A stretch of DNA of 64,000 nucleotides from the human T2T-CHM13v2.0 reference genome, Homo sapiens, in NCBI RefSeq assembly GCF_009914755.1, contig NC_060947.1, one strand, 5' to 3'. A program made the position numbers and the translations under genes. Under the pieces are notes generated by a model. It searched no databases. It was given only the letters and a program-made list of their open reading frames with translations, and was not told the DNA's origin. Below are positions 27,401-43,480 of the stretch, one piece after another. Each line of letters opens with the position of its first letter. Within the stretch, counting starts at the first letter, position 1.

Positions 27401-30400
27401 CTACCCCAGGCATTCTAATGATAGAGACATCAGTGAGACATGAGACATTCTAAGGTTACAGACACATTGCTGACCCCGGCAATTTAATGGGAGAGACTCC
27501 TAGCAAAACCCAGGCATTTTTACCAAAGACACTCTGACTGATTCTAGGCATTCTAATGGTAGAAACATCTGAACAAACTTGGGCATTCTAAAGATAAAGA
27601 CAACTGGCCAAACCGAGGCATTCTAATAGGAGAGACACCTGGCAGGACCCTGGTATTCTAAGGAGAGAGAGTCCTGGCTGACCCAAGGCATTGAACTGAT
27701 GGAAACTTCTGGCTGACCCCTGGCATTCTAATGATAGAGACACCTGGACGACCTCAGGCATTCTAAGGATACAGACACCTGGCTTGCCCCAGCATTCTAA
27801 CGAGAGAGAATCCTGGCCAATCCCAGACATTCTAATGGTAGAGACTTCTGGGTTACCACAGACATGCTAATGACAGAGACATCTGTGCCACCTCAGGCAT
27901 TCTAATAACAGAGACCCCTGGATGACCCCAGGCGTTTCAGTGATAGAGACTCCTGAGCAACGCCAGGCATTCTATGGTTAGAGACACCTGGTTGACCCAG
28001 GCATTCTAATGGGAGAGATGACTGGATGACCCAGGCATTCTAACAAGGGAGGCACATGGCCCACCCCAGGCATTCTATTGATAGAGACACATGGGTGACA
28101 TCAGACATTCTAAGCAGAGTGAAACCTGGACCACCACAGGCATTCTAATGGAAGAGACTCCTGACAAACCGCAGTCATTCTAATGACAGAGAATTTTGGG
28201 TTACATCAGGCATTCTAAGGACAAAGACACCTGGCCAAAACAGGCATTCTAATGGGAGAGGCACATGGCCTACCCCAGGTACTCTTAATGATAGAGACTC
28301 CTGGCCTACCCCAGGCATCCTAATGATGGGGACACCAGAGCAAACTCAGGCATTCTAAGGATAAAAACATCTAAGCTACCTCAGGCACTCTAAAAATAAA
28401 GACACCTGGGAAAACCCAGGCATGGTTGAAATGGAGACTCCTGGCTTACCACAGGCATTCTAATAATAGTGACACCTGTGCAACCTCAGTCATTCTAAGG
28501 ATAGAGACACATGGCTGACCCCAGGAATTCTATCAGGGGAGAATTCTGTCTGAACACAGACATTCTAATAATAGACACGCCTGGGAGATTTCAGACATTT
28601 TAAGAATAGAGAACCTGGCTGACCTAAGGCTTTCTAACCAAAGACCCTCCTGGCCGACTCCAGGCTTCTAATGATAGAGACTCCTAGCCTATGCCAGGCA
28701 TTGTAATGATAGAGACACCTGTGCAACCTCAGGCATTCTAAAGATGCAGACACCTGGACAACCTCACACACTCTAATGGGAGAGATTCCTGGCTGACCTT
28801 AGTCATTCTAACAGGAGATACTCCTGGCCTACCCCATTTATTCTAATGATAGAGACACTTTGTCAACCTTAGGCATTCTAAGGATAGAGACACCTGGCCC
28901 ACCTTAGGCATTCTAAGGATAGAAACACCTGGCCCACACAAACTTTCTAACAGGGGAGACCCCTGGCCGACCTTAGGCAGTCTAACAGGAAAGACTCCTG
29001 GCCAATCACAGGCACTCTAATGATAGAGACACCTGGGCAAACTCAGGCATTCTGATGATAGAGACACCTGGATGAACCAAGGCATTCTAACAAGAGAGAT
29101 TCCTAACCGACACCAGGCTTTCCAATGGCATAGACTACAGGCCTACCCCAGGCATTCTAATGATAGAGACACCTGTGCAACTTCAGGCATTCTAAGGATA
29201 GAGACACCTAGCCATCCCCAGGACCTCGAACAGGAGAGGCTCCTGGCTGACCTTAGGCATTTGAATGATAGAGAATCCTGGCCTACCCCAGGTGCTGTAA
29301 TAATAGAGACAGCTCTGGGACCTAATGATAGAGACACCTGGCTGACCCCAGGCATTCTAATGGGAATGACTCCTGGTTGACCCCAAAAATTATAATAATA
29401 AAGACTCCTATCCAACCGCAGGCATTCTAATAATAAATACACCTGTGTGACCTAAGACATTCTAAGGATGAAGACACCTGGCAGACCCCAAGAATTCTAA
29501 TGAAAAAGAATTCTTGTTCACCCCAGGCATTCTAATGAGAGAGAATACTGGCAGATTTCAGACATTTCAATTATAGAGGTGCCTGGTGGACCTCAGGCAT
29601 TCTAAGGATAGAGACACGTGGCTGTCCCCAGGTATTCTAGTGGGAGAGAATTTTGACAAAACCCAGCATTCTAATGATAGAGACTTCTGGCCTACCCCAG
29701 GCTTTGTAATGATAGAGACACCTGGTGACCTCAGACAATCTAAGGATAGTGATATTTGACAGACACAGGCTTTCCAATGGGAGAGAATCCTGTCTGATTC
29801 CAGGCATTCTAACAGGAAAGACTCCTGGCTGACCCCAGGCATTCTAATGATAGACACCTGGGCCACCTCAGGCATTTTTTAAGGATAGAGACACCTGGCC
29901 GACCCAGGCATCCTAAAGAAAGAGACTCCTGGCCAACTCCCAGATTTATAATGATAAAGACTCCTGGCCTACTTCATTTATGCTGATAATAAAAAAATCC
30001 TTGTGACCTCAGGCATTCTAAGGAGGGACACACTCAGTCTATTACAGGCGTTCTAACAGAAGAGACTTCTGGCCAAACTCAGGTATTCTAATGATAGAGA
30101 CTCCTGGCACACAGTGGGCGTTCTAATGATAAAGACCTCTGGCCAAAACCAGGCATTCTAACAAAACAGGATCCTGGCCAACACCAGCCTCCCTAATATT
30201 AGTGACTCCTGTCTTATCCCAGGCATTCTAATGATAGACACCTGGGCAACCTCAGGCATTTTTATGGATAGTGACAACTGGCTGACCCCAGGCATTCTAA
30301 CGGGAGAGACTCCTGGCAGACTCCAAGCATTCGAATGATAGAGACTCCTGGACTATCTCAGGTGCTCTAATGATAGAGAAACCTGTGGCACCTCAGGCAT

Positions 30401-31381
30401 TCTAAGGATAGAGAAACCTAGCTGACCCCAGGCATTCTAACGAGAGGGACTCAGGGCGGACACCTGTGTAACTTAAGGCATTCTTTAAATAGAGACTCCT
30501 GGCTGACCACAGGCATTCTAATTATAGAGACTCCTGGCCTATCAAGGCATTCTAACGTGAGATACTCCTTGCTGAGCACAGGCATTCTAATAATAGAGAT
30601 GCCTGGCCTATTCCAGGCATTCTAATGGTAGAGACAACTATGAGGCTTAAGGCATTCTTAAGATACAGACTCCTGGCCGACCCCAGACATTCTAACAGAA
30701 GAGACTCCTGGCCTACTCCAAGCATTCTAATGATAGAGACACCTGTGCAACCTCAGGCATTTTAGAAATAGAGACCCCTAGCTGACTTCAAGTATTCTAA
30801 CTTAAGAGACTACTGGCCGACCACAGACATGCTAATGATACAGAATCCCTGCCTATCCCAGACTTTCTAAGGATAGAGACACTTGGCCAACCACAGGCAT
30901 TCTAACGGGAGAGACTCTGGGCCAAGCACAGACATTCTAACAACAGAGACGCCTGGCCGTGCCCAAGCATTGTAATGAAAGAGACTTTTGGATGACCCAA
31001 GGCATTCTTGTGATAGTGATACCTGGGAGAACTCAGGCAATCTAAGGATAGAGGCACCAGACCGACCACAGGCATTCTAATGGGAGATACTACTGGCCAA
31101 ACCCAGGCAGTCTAAAAATAGAGACATCTGGGAGACAATAGAAATTCTAAGGAGAGAGACACCAAGCAAACCCCAGGCATTCTAACAGGAGAGAATCCAG
31201 GCTGACCACAGGCATTCTAAGAAGACAGACTCCTGTGAAACTCCAGGCATTCTAATTATAGAGACACATGGGTGAACTCAGGCAATCTAAAAAATAGAGA
31301 CACCTGGCCGACTTTGGGCATTCTAATGGGAGAGACTCCTCCTGGTCGACCCAGGCATTCTAATGATAGAGACTTGTGGCC

Positions 31382-31726
<345 letters not shown>

Positions 31727-34700
31727 TCAGGCATTCTAATGATAGAGACACCTGGCCGACCCAGGCTTTCTAACGGGAGAGACACTGACTGACCCAAGGC
31801 ATTCTAATGGTAGGAACTCCTGGCCAACACTAGGCTTTCTAATCATAGAGACTTTAGGCCTACTGCAGACATTCTAATGATGGAGACAACAGTGCTAGTG
31901 CTACCTCAGGAATTCTAAAGATAGAGACACCTGGTTGACCCCAGGCACTCTAACTGGAGAGACTACTGACCGACACCAGGCTTACTAATGATAGAGACCA
32001 CAGGCCTACCACAAACATTCTAACCAAAGGGATTCCATGCCGACCCCAGGCATTCTAATGATAGAGATCCCTGTCTGAACCCAGGCATTCTAATAATAGA
32101 CACCTGTGTGAACTCAGTCATTCTAAGCAGAGAATCACCTGGTCAATCTCAGGCATTCTGAAGGGGAAGACACTTGGCCAACCGCAGGCATTCTAATGCT
32201 ACAGACCCCTGTCCGAACACAGGAATTATGATGGAGACAACTGGGCAACCTCAGGCATTCTAAGGATAGTGACACCTGGTTCACCCCAGGCATTCTAGCA
32301 AGAGAGATTCCTGGCTGATCCCAGGCATTCAAGTAATGAAGACTCTTGCCCTACCACAGGTGGTTTAGTAAAGAAGACACCTGTGGGGCAACAAGGCCTT
32401 CTAAGGATAGAGACACCTGGCAGACCCCAGGTATTCTAACAAGAGAGACTCCTGGCACACCCTAGGCATTCTAACAGGAGAGACTTCTGGCTGACCCCAG
32501 GCATTCTAATGATAAACACCTAGGAGACATCAGGCATTTTAACAATAGACACACCTGGCTGACCCCAGGCATTATAATGGGAGACAATCCTGGCTGACCC
32601 TCAGCATTCTAATGATAAAGACTCCTAACCTAACCTAGGCATTCTAATTATAGAGACACCTATGTGACCTAAGACATTCTAAAGATAGAGACACCTGGCC
32701 AACCCCAGGCACTCTAATGGGACAAACTCCTAGTTGACTCCAGGCATTCTAATGAGAGAGACTCCTGGATGACCCCAGGCATTCTAACAGGAGAGACTAC
32801 TTGCTGACCTCAGGCATTCTAATGTTAGAGATGCCTGGCATGGCCCAGGCACTCTAATAATAGGGACACCTGTGCCACCTCAGGCATTTTTAAAATAAAG
32901 ACAAATGGCTAACCACAGGCATTCTAATGGAAGACACTCCAGGCTGAACCCAGGCATTCTAATGATAGAGAGCCTTCTCTGAGCCCAGGCATTCTAATGA
33001 TAGACACCTGTGCAAACTCAGTCATTCTAAGGAGAGAAACATTTTATCAACCCCAGACATTCTTACAGGAGAGACTCTTGACCAACTACAGGCATTCTAA
33101 TGCTAGATACCTCTGTCTGAACACAGAAATTCCAATGATAGAGACACACTGGGTGACTTCGGGTATTCTAAGGATAACGACACCTGGTCCACCATAGGTA
33201 TTCTAGAGGGAGAGACTTTTGGCTGACCACAGGCATTCAAAAGATAGAGACTCCTGGCCTACCCCAGGAGTCTGGGGTATTATTCTCTAATAATAGAGAA
33301 ACCTGTCGGACCATGGGCATTCTTAGGATAGAGACACATGGCCAACTCCAGACATTCTAATAGGAGAGGCTCCTTTCCCACCCTAGGCATTCTAATGGTA
33401 GACACTCTTGGCCGACCCCAGTCATTCTAATAATAGAGACCCCTAAGTGACATCAGGCATTCTAACAGTACAGACAGCTGGGTGAACCCAGGCATTCTAA
33501 CTGGAAAGACTTTTGGCTGACCCTAGGCATTCTAATGTTAAAGAACCCAGGACTACCCCAGGCACTCTAATGATAAAGACTCCTGTATGACCTCAGGCAT
33601 TCTAAGGATAGGGAAACCTGGCCAACCCAGCCATTCAAACAGGAGAGACTCCTTGGCCAACCCCAGACATTTTAACAAGACAGACTCATGCTGACCACAG
33701 ACATTCTAATGATAGAGGAACCTGGGCGACTTCAGGTATTCTAAAAAATAGAGACACCTGGCTGACCAAAGGCATTCTAATGAGAGATATTTATGGCCAA
33801 CCCCAGGCATTCCAATGATAGAGACTCCTGACCGACCTCAGGAATACTAATGATAGAGACACGTTGGTGACATCAGGCATTCTAACAATAGGAACATCTA
33901 GCTGACCCAAAGGATTCTAACAGGAGAGACACCTGGCCAACCCCAGGCATTCTAATGATAGAGAATCCTCGCCTAACCCAGGCATTCTAATAATAAATAA
34001 TTCTGTATGAATCAGTCATTCTATGGACAGAGACACCTGGCTGACCTCAGGAATTGTAATGGGAGAGACTTCTGGCTGACCCCACATTCTAACGGGAGAA
34101 ACTCCTGGTTGAACCCACACATTCTAATGATAGAGACTCCTTACACACCCAAGGTGCTTTAATAATAGAGAAACCTGTGCGACCTCAGGCATTCTACAGA
34201 TAGAGACACCTGGCAGATTTCAGGCATTCTAATGAGAGATACTATTGGTTGTCCACAGGCATTCTAACCGGAGAGACTCCTGGCCAACCCCAGTCATTTT
34301 AACCATAGAGACACCTGGGGGACCTCAGACATTTTAAAGGGAGAGACTCCTGTCCAACCCTGGCCATTCTAATAATAAAGGTTTGTGGCCAAACCATGGT
34401 ATCCTAATTATAGAGATTCCTGGCCTACCCTACTCATTCTCATGATAGAGAAACTTCTGTGATCTCAAGCACTCTAAAAATAGATACACCTGAACGAACC
34501 CAGGCCCTCTTACAGCAGAGACTCCTGGCCGATTCCAGGCATTCTAAGATAGTGACACTTGGGCGACCTCAACATTCTAAGGACAGAGGCATCTGACCTA
34601 CACCAGGCATTCTAATGCTAGAGACACTTGGGCGAACTCCTCAGGCATTCTAAAGATAGAGACAAATGGCTGACCCAAGACATTTTAACGAGAGAGATTT

Positions 34701-37700
34701 TTTTCACCAGCTGAGGCTTTCTAATCATAGAAGTTCATGGTCAAATCCTGGCATTCTAAAGATAGACACACCTGGGCAACCTCAGGCATTCTAAAGATAG
34801 ACACACCTAGCTGACACCAGGCATTCAAACGGAAGAGACTCCTGGGTTACCAGAGACATTCTAATAATAGAGACCCCTGGCCTACCCCAGGCTTTCTAAT
34901 GATAGAGACACCTGTATGACATCAGGCTTTCTAAGGATAGAGACATACGGCCTACCCAACTCATTTTAATGGGTCAGACTTTTGACAGACCCTGGGCATT
35001 CTAACGGGAGAGACTCCTGGCCAACTCCAAGCACTGTAATGATAAAAACACCTGGACGACCTCAAGCATTCTAAAGATAGAGACACCTGGACAACCCAGG
35101 CATTCTAACAAGAGAGACTCCTGCTGACCACAGACATTCTAATGATAGAGGAACCTTGGTGACTTCAGGCATTCTAAAAATAGAGACACCTGGCTGACCA
35201 AAGGCATTCTAATGAGAGAGACTTTTGGCCAACTCCAGGCATTCTAATGATAGAGACTCCTGACCAACCTCAGGAATTCTAATGACAGAGATACATTGGC
35301 AACATCAGGCAATCTAACAATAGAGACATTTGGCTGACCCAAGGCGTTGTAACAGGAGAGACTCTTGGCCTACCTCAGGCATTCTAATAATAGAGAAACC
35401 TGTGCGAGTAAGTCATTCTAGTGATAGAGATACCTGGCAGACCCCAGGCATTCTAGTGGGAGAGACTCCTGGCCGACCACGCATTCTGATGGGAGAGACT
35501 CCTGGCCAAACCCAGACATTCTAATGATAGAGACTTCTGGATGACTTTGGGCATTCTAATGATAGAGACACAAGGGCGACCTCAGGCATTCTAATGCTAG
35601 GGAAATAGGGGCGAACTCAGGCATTCTAAGGATGCCTTGATGGACCGCAGTTATTCTAATGGGAGAGGCTCCTGGCCAACCCCATGTGTTCTAATGATAG
35701 AGACTCCTTACATACCCGAGGCGCCTTAAAGATAGAGGCACCTGTGTGACCTCAGACATTCTATTGATAGAGACACCTGGCCGATTTCAGGCATTCTAAT
35801 GAGAGATAATTCTGGTTTCCCACAGGCATTCTAACTGGAGAGGGTCCTGGCCGACCCCAGTCATTCTAATCATAGAGACACCTAAGGGACCTCAGGCATT
35901 CTAAAGGGAGAGACTCCTGGCCTACCCCACTCATTTTTATGATAGAGAATCTTCTGTGATCTCAAGCATTCTAAGGGTAGATACACCTGAACGAACTCAG
36001 GTCTTCTTATGGGAGAGACACCTGGCCAATTCCAGGCATTCTAAAGATAGTGACAGTTGGACGACCTCACAATTCAAAGATAGAGACGTGTGGCCTACAT
36101 CAGGCATTCTAATGGAAGAGTCTCCAGGCTGACCCCCAGACATTCTAATGCTAGAGACAGCTGGGTGCACTAAGGCATTCTAAGGATCGAGACATCTGGT
36201 TGACCCAAGATATTTTAACGGGAGAGATTTTTTTGACCAACTGAGGCTTTTTAATGATAGACATTCATGGCCGAATCCTGACATTCTAAAGATAGACACA
36301 CCTGGGCAACCTCAGGCATTCTAATGATAGAGAAAACTAGCTGACACCAGGCATTCAAACAGAAGAGACTCCTGGGTTACCAGAGACATTCTATTAATAG
36401 ACTCCTGGCCTACCCCAGGCATTGTAATGATAGAGACACCTGTGCGATATCAGGCATTCTAAGGATAGAGACATACGGCCTACCCAACTCATTCTAATGG
36501 GTCAGAATTTTGGCAGACCCTAGGCATTCTAATGGGAGAGACTCCTGGCCAACTCCAGGCATTCTAATGAGAGACAAAACTGGGCAACCTCAGGCATTCT
36601 AAGGATAGAGACACCTGGTTAATCCCAGGCATTGTAAAAAGAGAGACTCCAGGCTGACATTAGACATTCTAATGATAGAGACTCCTGGCAGACCCCAGGC
36701 ATTCTAGTGATAGAGACACCTGGGTGACTTCAGGCATTCTAAGTATAGAAACACCTGGCTGACCCTGGCATTCTAACGGGAGTGACTACTGGTCGACCCC
36801 AGGTATTCTAATGGTAGAGACTCCTGGCCTACAACAGTTATTATAATGACAGGGACACCTGTTTGATGTAAGGCAATCTAAAGGTAGAGACATATGGCCA
36901 ACCCAAGGCATTCTAATGGGAGAGAATCTTGTGTGACCCCAGGCATTTTAAGGATAGACAATCATGTTCTACCCAAACATTCTAAGGATAGAGACAAATG
37001 GATGACCTCAAACATTCTAAAGATAGAGACAGCTGGCCGACCTCAGGCATTCTAACAGGAGAGACTCTGAGCCAAAACCAGGCATTCTAATGTTACAGAC
37101 ATCTGTGCTACCTCAGGCATCATAAGAAAAGAGACATGTGGCGGACACCAGATATTCTAACAGGAGAGACTCCTGGGCAATACCAGGTTGTAACAGGAGA
37201 GACTCCTAGCAGATTTCAGGCATTCTAATGACAGAGACACCTGGGTGATCTCAGGATTTCTAAAGATAAAGACACCTGGCCGAAACACAGGCATTCTAAT
37301 GGGAGAGACTCCTGTCCCAGCCCAGGCATTCTAACAGAAGAGAATCCTGAATGACCCCAAGCATTCTAATGATAGAGACACCTGGGCGACATCAGGCATT
37401 CTAAGGATGGAGACAACTGGCTGACAAAAGGCATTCTAATGGGAAGGACAGCTGGCCGACCCCAGGCATTAAAATGACAGAGACTCTTCATTGACCTCAA
37501 GCATTCTAATGACAGAGACACCTGGGAGACCTCAGGCATTGTAAGGATAGAGATATCTGGAAGAACCCAGGCATTCTAATGGGTGAGACTCCTGGCTGAA
37601 TCCAGACTTTATAACAACAGAGATTCCTGGCCGATCCCAGGCATTCTAACAATAGACAGTCCTGGCTGACCTAAAGCATTCTAATGATAGAGATGCCTAG

Positions 37701-40535
37701 GTGAACTAAGGAATTGTAAAAATAGAGACACCTGGCCAACCACAGGCATTTTAATGAGAGAGGCTTCTCGCTAACCCCAGGCATTCTAATAATAGATACA
37801 TGTGTGCAACCTGAGACATTCTAAAGATAGAAACACCTATGGTACCCGAGGCATTCTAAGGATAGAGACATCTGGCCTACTTCAGGCATTCTAACAGGAG
37901 AGATCTAGCTGGTTGATCACAGGCATTCTTATCTGAAGAGACTCTTGGCCAACCTCATGCATTCTAGTGATAGAGACACCTGTGGGACATTAGGTAATCT
38001 AAGGATAGAAACTCCTGGCCCATCCCAAGCATTCTAATGGTAGAGACAAATGGCCCTCATCAGGCATTTCAATGATAGAGACAACTGTGTGACCTGAGGC
38101 AATCTAAGGATAGAGACATCTAATCAATCACAGGCACTCTAACGGGAGAGACTCTGGACCCACCTCAGGCAATGCAAGTATAGAGACTACTGGCCAACCC
38201 CAGGCATTCTAATGATAGTATACCTGGGCGACCTCCATCATTCTAAGGATAAAGACACCTGGCTGACCCCTGGGTTTCTTATGGGAGAGACACCTGGCCT
38301 ACTCCAAACATTTTAATGATAGAAACACTTGAGCGATATCAGGCATTTTAAAAATAGAGACACCTGGCCAACCCAAGGCTTTCTAATGGGAGAGACTTTT
38401 GGCCAAACCCCAGGCATTCTAATGATAGAAACACCTGTGGGACCTCAGGCATTTTAAGTATGATGACACCTGACCCACACCAGGCATTCTAACGAAAGAG
38501 AATCCAGGCTGACATCAGACATTATAATGATAGAGACTCCTGGCCTTTCCCAGGCATTCTAATGATAGACAACTGTGAGACCTCAGTCATCCTAAGAATA
38601 CAGACATCTGATCATCCCCAAGAATTCTACAAGACAGACTCCTGGCCAACCCAAGTCGTTCTATTAATACAGACACCTGGGCGATCACACATATTCTGAT
38701 AGTGACACTTGGCCAAACCCAGGCATTCTAACGGGAGAGACTCATGGCCAACAGCAGGCTTTCTAATGCTAGAGATGCCTGGCTGATCCCAGGCTTTCTA
38801 ATAATAGACACCTGGGAAAAGTCAGGCATTCTAAAAATGGAGACACTAGGCTGAACCCAGACATTCTAACAGGAGAGATTAAAGGTTGACCCAAGGAATT
38901 CTAATGGGAGATAGTACTGGCCGAACCCATGCGTTCTAATGATAGAGACTCCTGGCCTGACCCCTGCATTCTCATGATAGAAACACAGTTGCGACCTCAG
39001 GCATTCTAAAGTTAGAGACACCAGGCCAATTTCAGGCATTCTAATGGGAGAGACTCCTTGCCGCCCCCAGGAATTCTAATGATAGAGACACCTCGGTGAT
39101 CTCAGGCACTCTAACAATAGAGATACCTGGCATACCCAAGGCATTCTAAAGGGAGAAAGTCCTGGCCGAATTCCAGGCATTCTAATGATAGAGATCCCTG
39201 TGCGACCACAAGTACTTTAAGGGTACAGACCCTTGGCCAAATCTAGGCATTATAATGATAGACATTTCTGGCCTATCTCAGGCATTCTACTGATAGAAAC
39301 TCCTGGGCGACTTCAGGCATTCTAAAGATGGGGACACCTGGCAGTACACAGGCATTCTAATGGGAGAGACTCCTGGCCAGCCCCAGGTATTCTAAAGATA
39401 GAGACACCTTGGCGATATCAGGCATTCTTAGGATAGAGACACCTGACTGATCTTAGGCATTTTAATGAGAGAGACCTTTGGCTGACCACAGGCTTTCTAA
39501 TGATAGAGACTCCTGGCCAACCACAGGCATTCTATTGATGGAGACACCTTGGAGACCTCAGCCTTCTAAAGATAAATACACCAGGCCAAGCCCAACATTC
39601 CAATGAAAGAGAAACCTGGCTGGCCCTAGTCATTCTGATGATACAGACCCCTGGCTGACCCCAGGCATTCTAATGATAGAGACACCTGGGTGACTTGAAG
39701 TATTCAAAGAATAGTGACACTGGCTGATCCCAGGCATTCTCTCAGGAGATACTAAAGGTTGACCCCAGGCATTCTAATGGGAGAGACTCCTGACGACCCC
39801 AGGCCTTTTAATCTTAGAGACTCCTTACTGACCTCAGGCATGCTAATAATGAAGACACTTGGCCGACCTCAGGCATTTTAATGGGAGAGACTCCTGGCCG
39901 ACGCCAGTCATTCTAAAAATAGAGACATGTGGCCGACCTCAGTATTCTAATGGGATAGTCTCTTGGACAACCCCAGGCATTCTAAGAATAGAAACACCTA
40001 GGCAACCTCAGGCATTTTAACGGGAGAGACTCCTCATTGACCTCATTTATTTTAAGGATAAAGACATCTGGCAGAACGCAGGAATTGTAAGTACAGGGAC
40101 TGCCTGGCTTACCCAAGGCATTCTAATGATAGAGACACCTGGGTGAAACCCTGTATTCTAAGGATACAGTCACCTGTCTGACTTCAGGCATTTTAATGTG
40201 AGAGAGTCCAGCCATCCCTAGCCATTCTAAAAATAGAGACATCTGGCCACACTCAGGCATTCTAATAGAAGACACTCCTGGCTGACCGGAGGCATTCTAA
40301 TGAAAGAGACTCCTGGTCAAACTTAGGCATTCTAAGGATAGAGACACCTGACAGAATCCAGGCATTCTAATGGGAGAGGCTTCTGGCCACCCTCAGGCAT
40401 TCTAATTATAGAGACACCTGGGCGACTTCCAGCATTCTAAAGATAGAGACACCTGGCCAAATTCAAGCATTCTAACGGGAGTGACTCCTGGCTGACCCCA
40501 GGCATTCTAAGGGTAGAGATATCTGGCCAAACTGA

Positions 40536-40827
<292 letters not shown>

Positions 40828-43480
40828 CCTGGGCTCAGGCATTCTAACCGAAGAGTCTCCTGGCCAACCCAGGCATTCTAATAATAGAGAAACCTGGGTG
40901 ACCTCAGGAAGTCTATGGACAGAGGTTCTTAGCTGACCCCAAGAATTCTACTAAGAGACATCTAGGTGGCATCAGGCATTTTATGGATAGACACTCCATG
41001 CCAACCCGAGGCATTTTAATGATAAAGACACTTGATAGAACTCAGGATTTATGCGGATAGAGACTTTTGGCCGACCACCAGCATTTTAATGATAGAAACC
41101 TAGGCGACCTCCGGCATTCTAAGGATAGAGATCCCTGGCCGACTTCAGGCATTCTAATGATAGAGACATCCAGCCAATATCATGCATTCTAAAAATAAAA
41201 TGCATGGAGTCCTGGTCGACTCCAGGCATTCTAATGGTAGACACCTAGGTGACTGCAGGCATTCTAATGATAGAGACTCCTGACTGACCACATGCATTCT
41301 AATGTGATAGATTCTTGGCCGACCATAGACATTCTAATGCTAGAGAAACCAGGGTGACCACAGACATTTTAAAGATAGAGACTCCTGGCCAACTCCAGGC
41401 ATTCTAATGGGAGAGACTTCTGGTTGACTTCAGGCATTCTAATTATAGAGACACTTGGATGACTTCCAGCATTCTAAGGATAGAGGCACCTGGCCGAATT
41501 CAGGCATTTTAATGGGAGAGACTCCTAGCTGACCCCAGGCATTCTAAGGTTAGAGATATCTGACTGATATCAGGCATTCTAATGGGAGCATCTCCTGGCC
41601 AACCCCAGGCATTCTAATGATAGAGACACCTGGGTGACCTCAGGCATTCTATGGATAGAGGCTCCTAGCTGACCCCAGGATTTCCAATGGTAGACACATG
41701 GGTGACATCAGGAATTCTAAAAATAGAGACTCCCAGCCTACCTCAGGCATTCTAATGGGAGAGACCCCTGTACAACCCCAGGTCTTCTAATGATGGAGAT
41801 ACATGGGCAACCCCAGACATTTTAAGCATAGAGACAGCTGGGCGACCTCAGGCATTCTAAGGTTAGAGACTCCTGGCTGACCCCAGGCATTCTAATAATA
41901 AAGACACCTGGGTGACCTCAGAAATTTTAAAAATTAAGACTACTGGCCGACTCTAGGCATTCTAATAATAGAGACACCTGGGTGATCTCAGACACTCTAA
42001 GGACAGAGACATCTGGTACACCTCATTTATTCTAACAGTTGAGTTGCTTGGTGAATCCAGGCATTCTAATGATAGACACACTTGGGCGACCTCAAGCATT
42101 CTAAAAATAGAGACTCCTGGCTGACCACAGAAATTCTAATGATAGACACCTGGGCAACCTTAGGCATTCTTAGGATAGAGACTTCTGGCAAACTCCAGGC
42201 ATTCTAATGATAGAAACACCTGGGTGACCTCAGGCATTCTATGGATAGAGGCTTCTGGCTGATCCTAGGCATTCTAATGATAGACACATGGGTGACCTCA
42301 GAAATTCTAAGGATAGAGACTCCTGGCTGACCCCAGCCATTCTAATAACAGAGACACCTTTTTGACTTCAGGCTTTCTAAAGATAGAGACTCCTGGCCGT
42401 CCCCAGGTGTTCTAATGAGAGAAATTCCTGGCCAAACTTAGGCATTCTAATCATAGAGACAACTGCTAGACCTCAGGCATTCTAATGGAAGAGACTCATG
42501 GCCCACAACAGGCATTTTAATGATTGAGACAACTGGCGACCTCCAGCATTCTAAGGATAGAGACATGAGGTCGAGTTCCAGCATTCTAATGTAAACACTC
42601 CTGGTTAATCCCAGGCATTGTAAAAATAGAGACAATTCTCTGACCTCAGGGATTCTAACAATAAAGTTTCCTGTGTGACCCCAGGCATTCTAACAGGAAA
42701 GACTCCTGGCTGAACACAGGCATTCTAAGGATAGAGACACCTGGCTGACCTCAGGCATTCAAACGGCAGAGAGGCCTGGCTGACCTTAGGCATTCTAAGG
42801 ATAGAGACATCTCGCTGACCACAGGCATTCTAATTACAGAGACCTGGGCGACCTCAGGCATTCTAAAAATAGAGACTCCTTGTCGAACCCAGGCATTCTA
42901 ATGATTGAGATACCTGTGTGATCCCAGGCATTCTAAGGATAAAAACTTTTGGCCAACCCCATTCATTCTAATGATAGAGATAGCCAAGCGACCTCAGACA
43001 TTCTAATGATTGAGAAATCTGTCTGAACTCATGCATTCTAAAAGTTGATTCTCCTGGCCGAATCCAAACATTCCAGCAATAGAGACACTTGTGTGACCTC
43101 AGGCATTCTAAGAAGAGAGACTCCTGACCAACCCCAGGCATTCTAATAATAGACAACTGGTTGATCTCAGGCATTCTAAGGAGAGAGATTCCTGGCCTAA
43201 CTCAGGCATTCTAATGATAGAGATAGCTGGCTGAGCTCAGGCATTCTGAGGACAGAGACTCCTGGCCGACATCAGTTGTTCTAATTGGAGAGACTACTGG
43301 CCGATATTAGAAATTATAAGGGGAGAGCCACCTGGGCAACCTCAGGCATTCTAGTGAAAGGGATAACTAGCCAACCTCATTTATTCTAACATGAGAGACT
43401 CCTGATTGACTTCAGGAATTCTGAAGAAAAGACTCCTGGCTTACTTCAGGCATTCTAGTAGGAGAAACACCTGGTCGACC

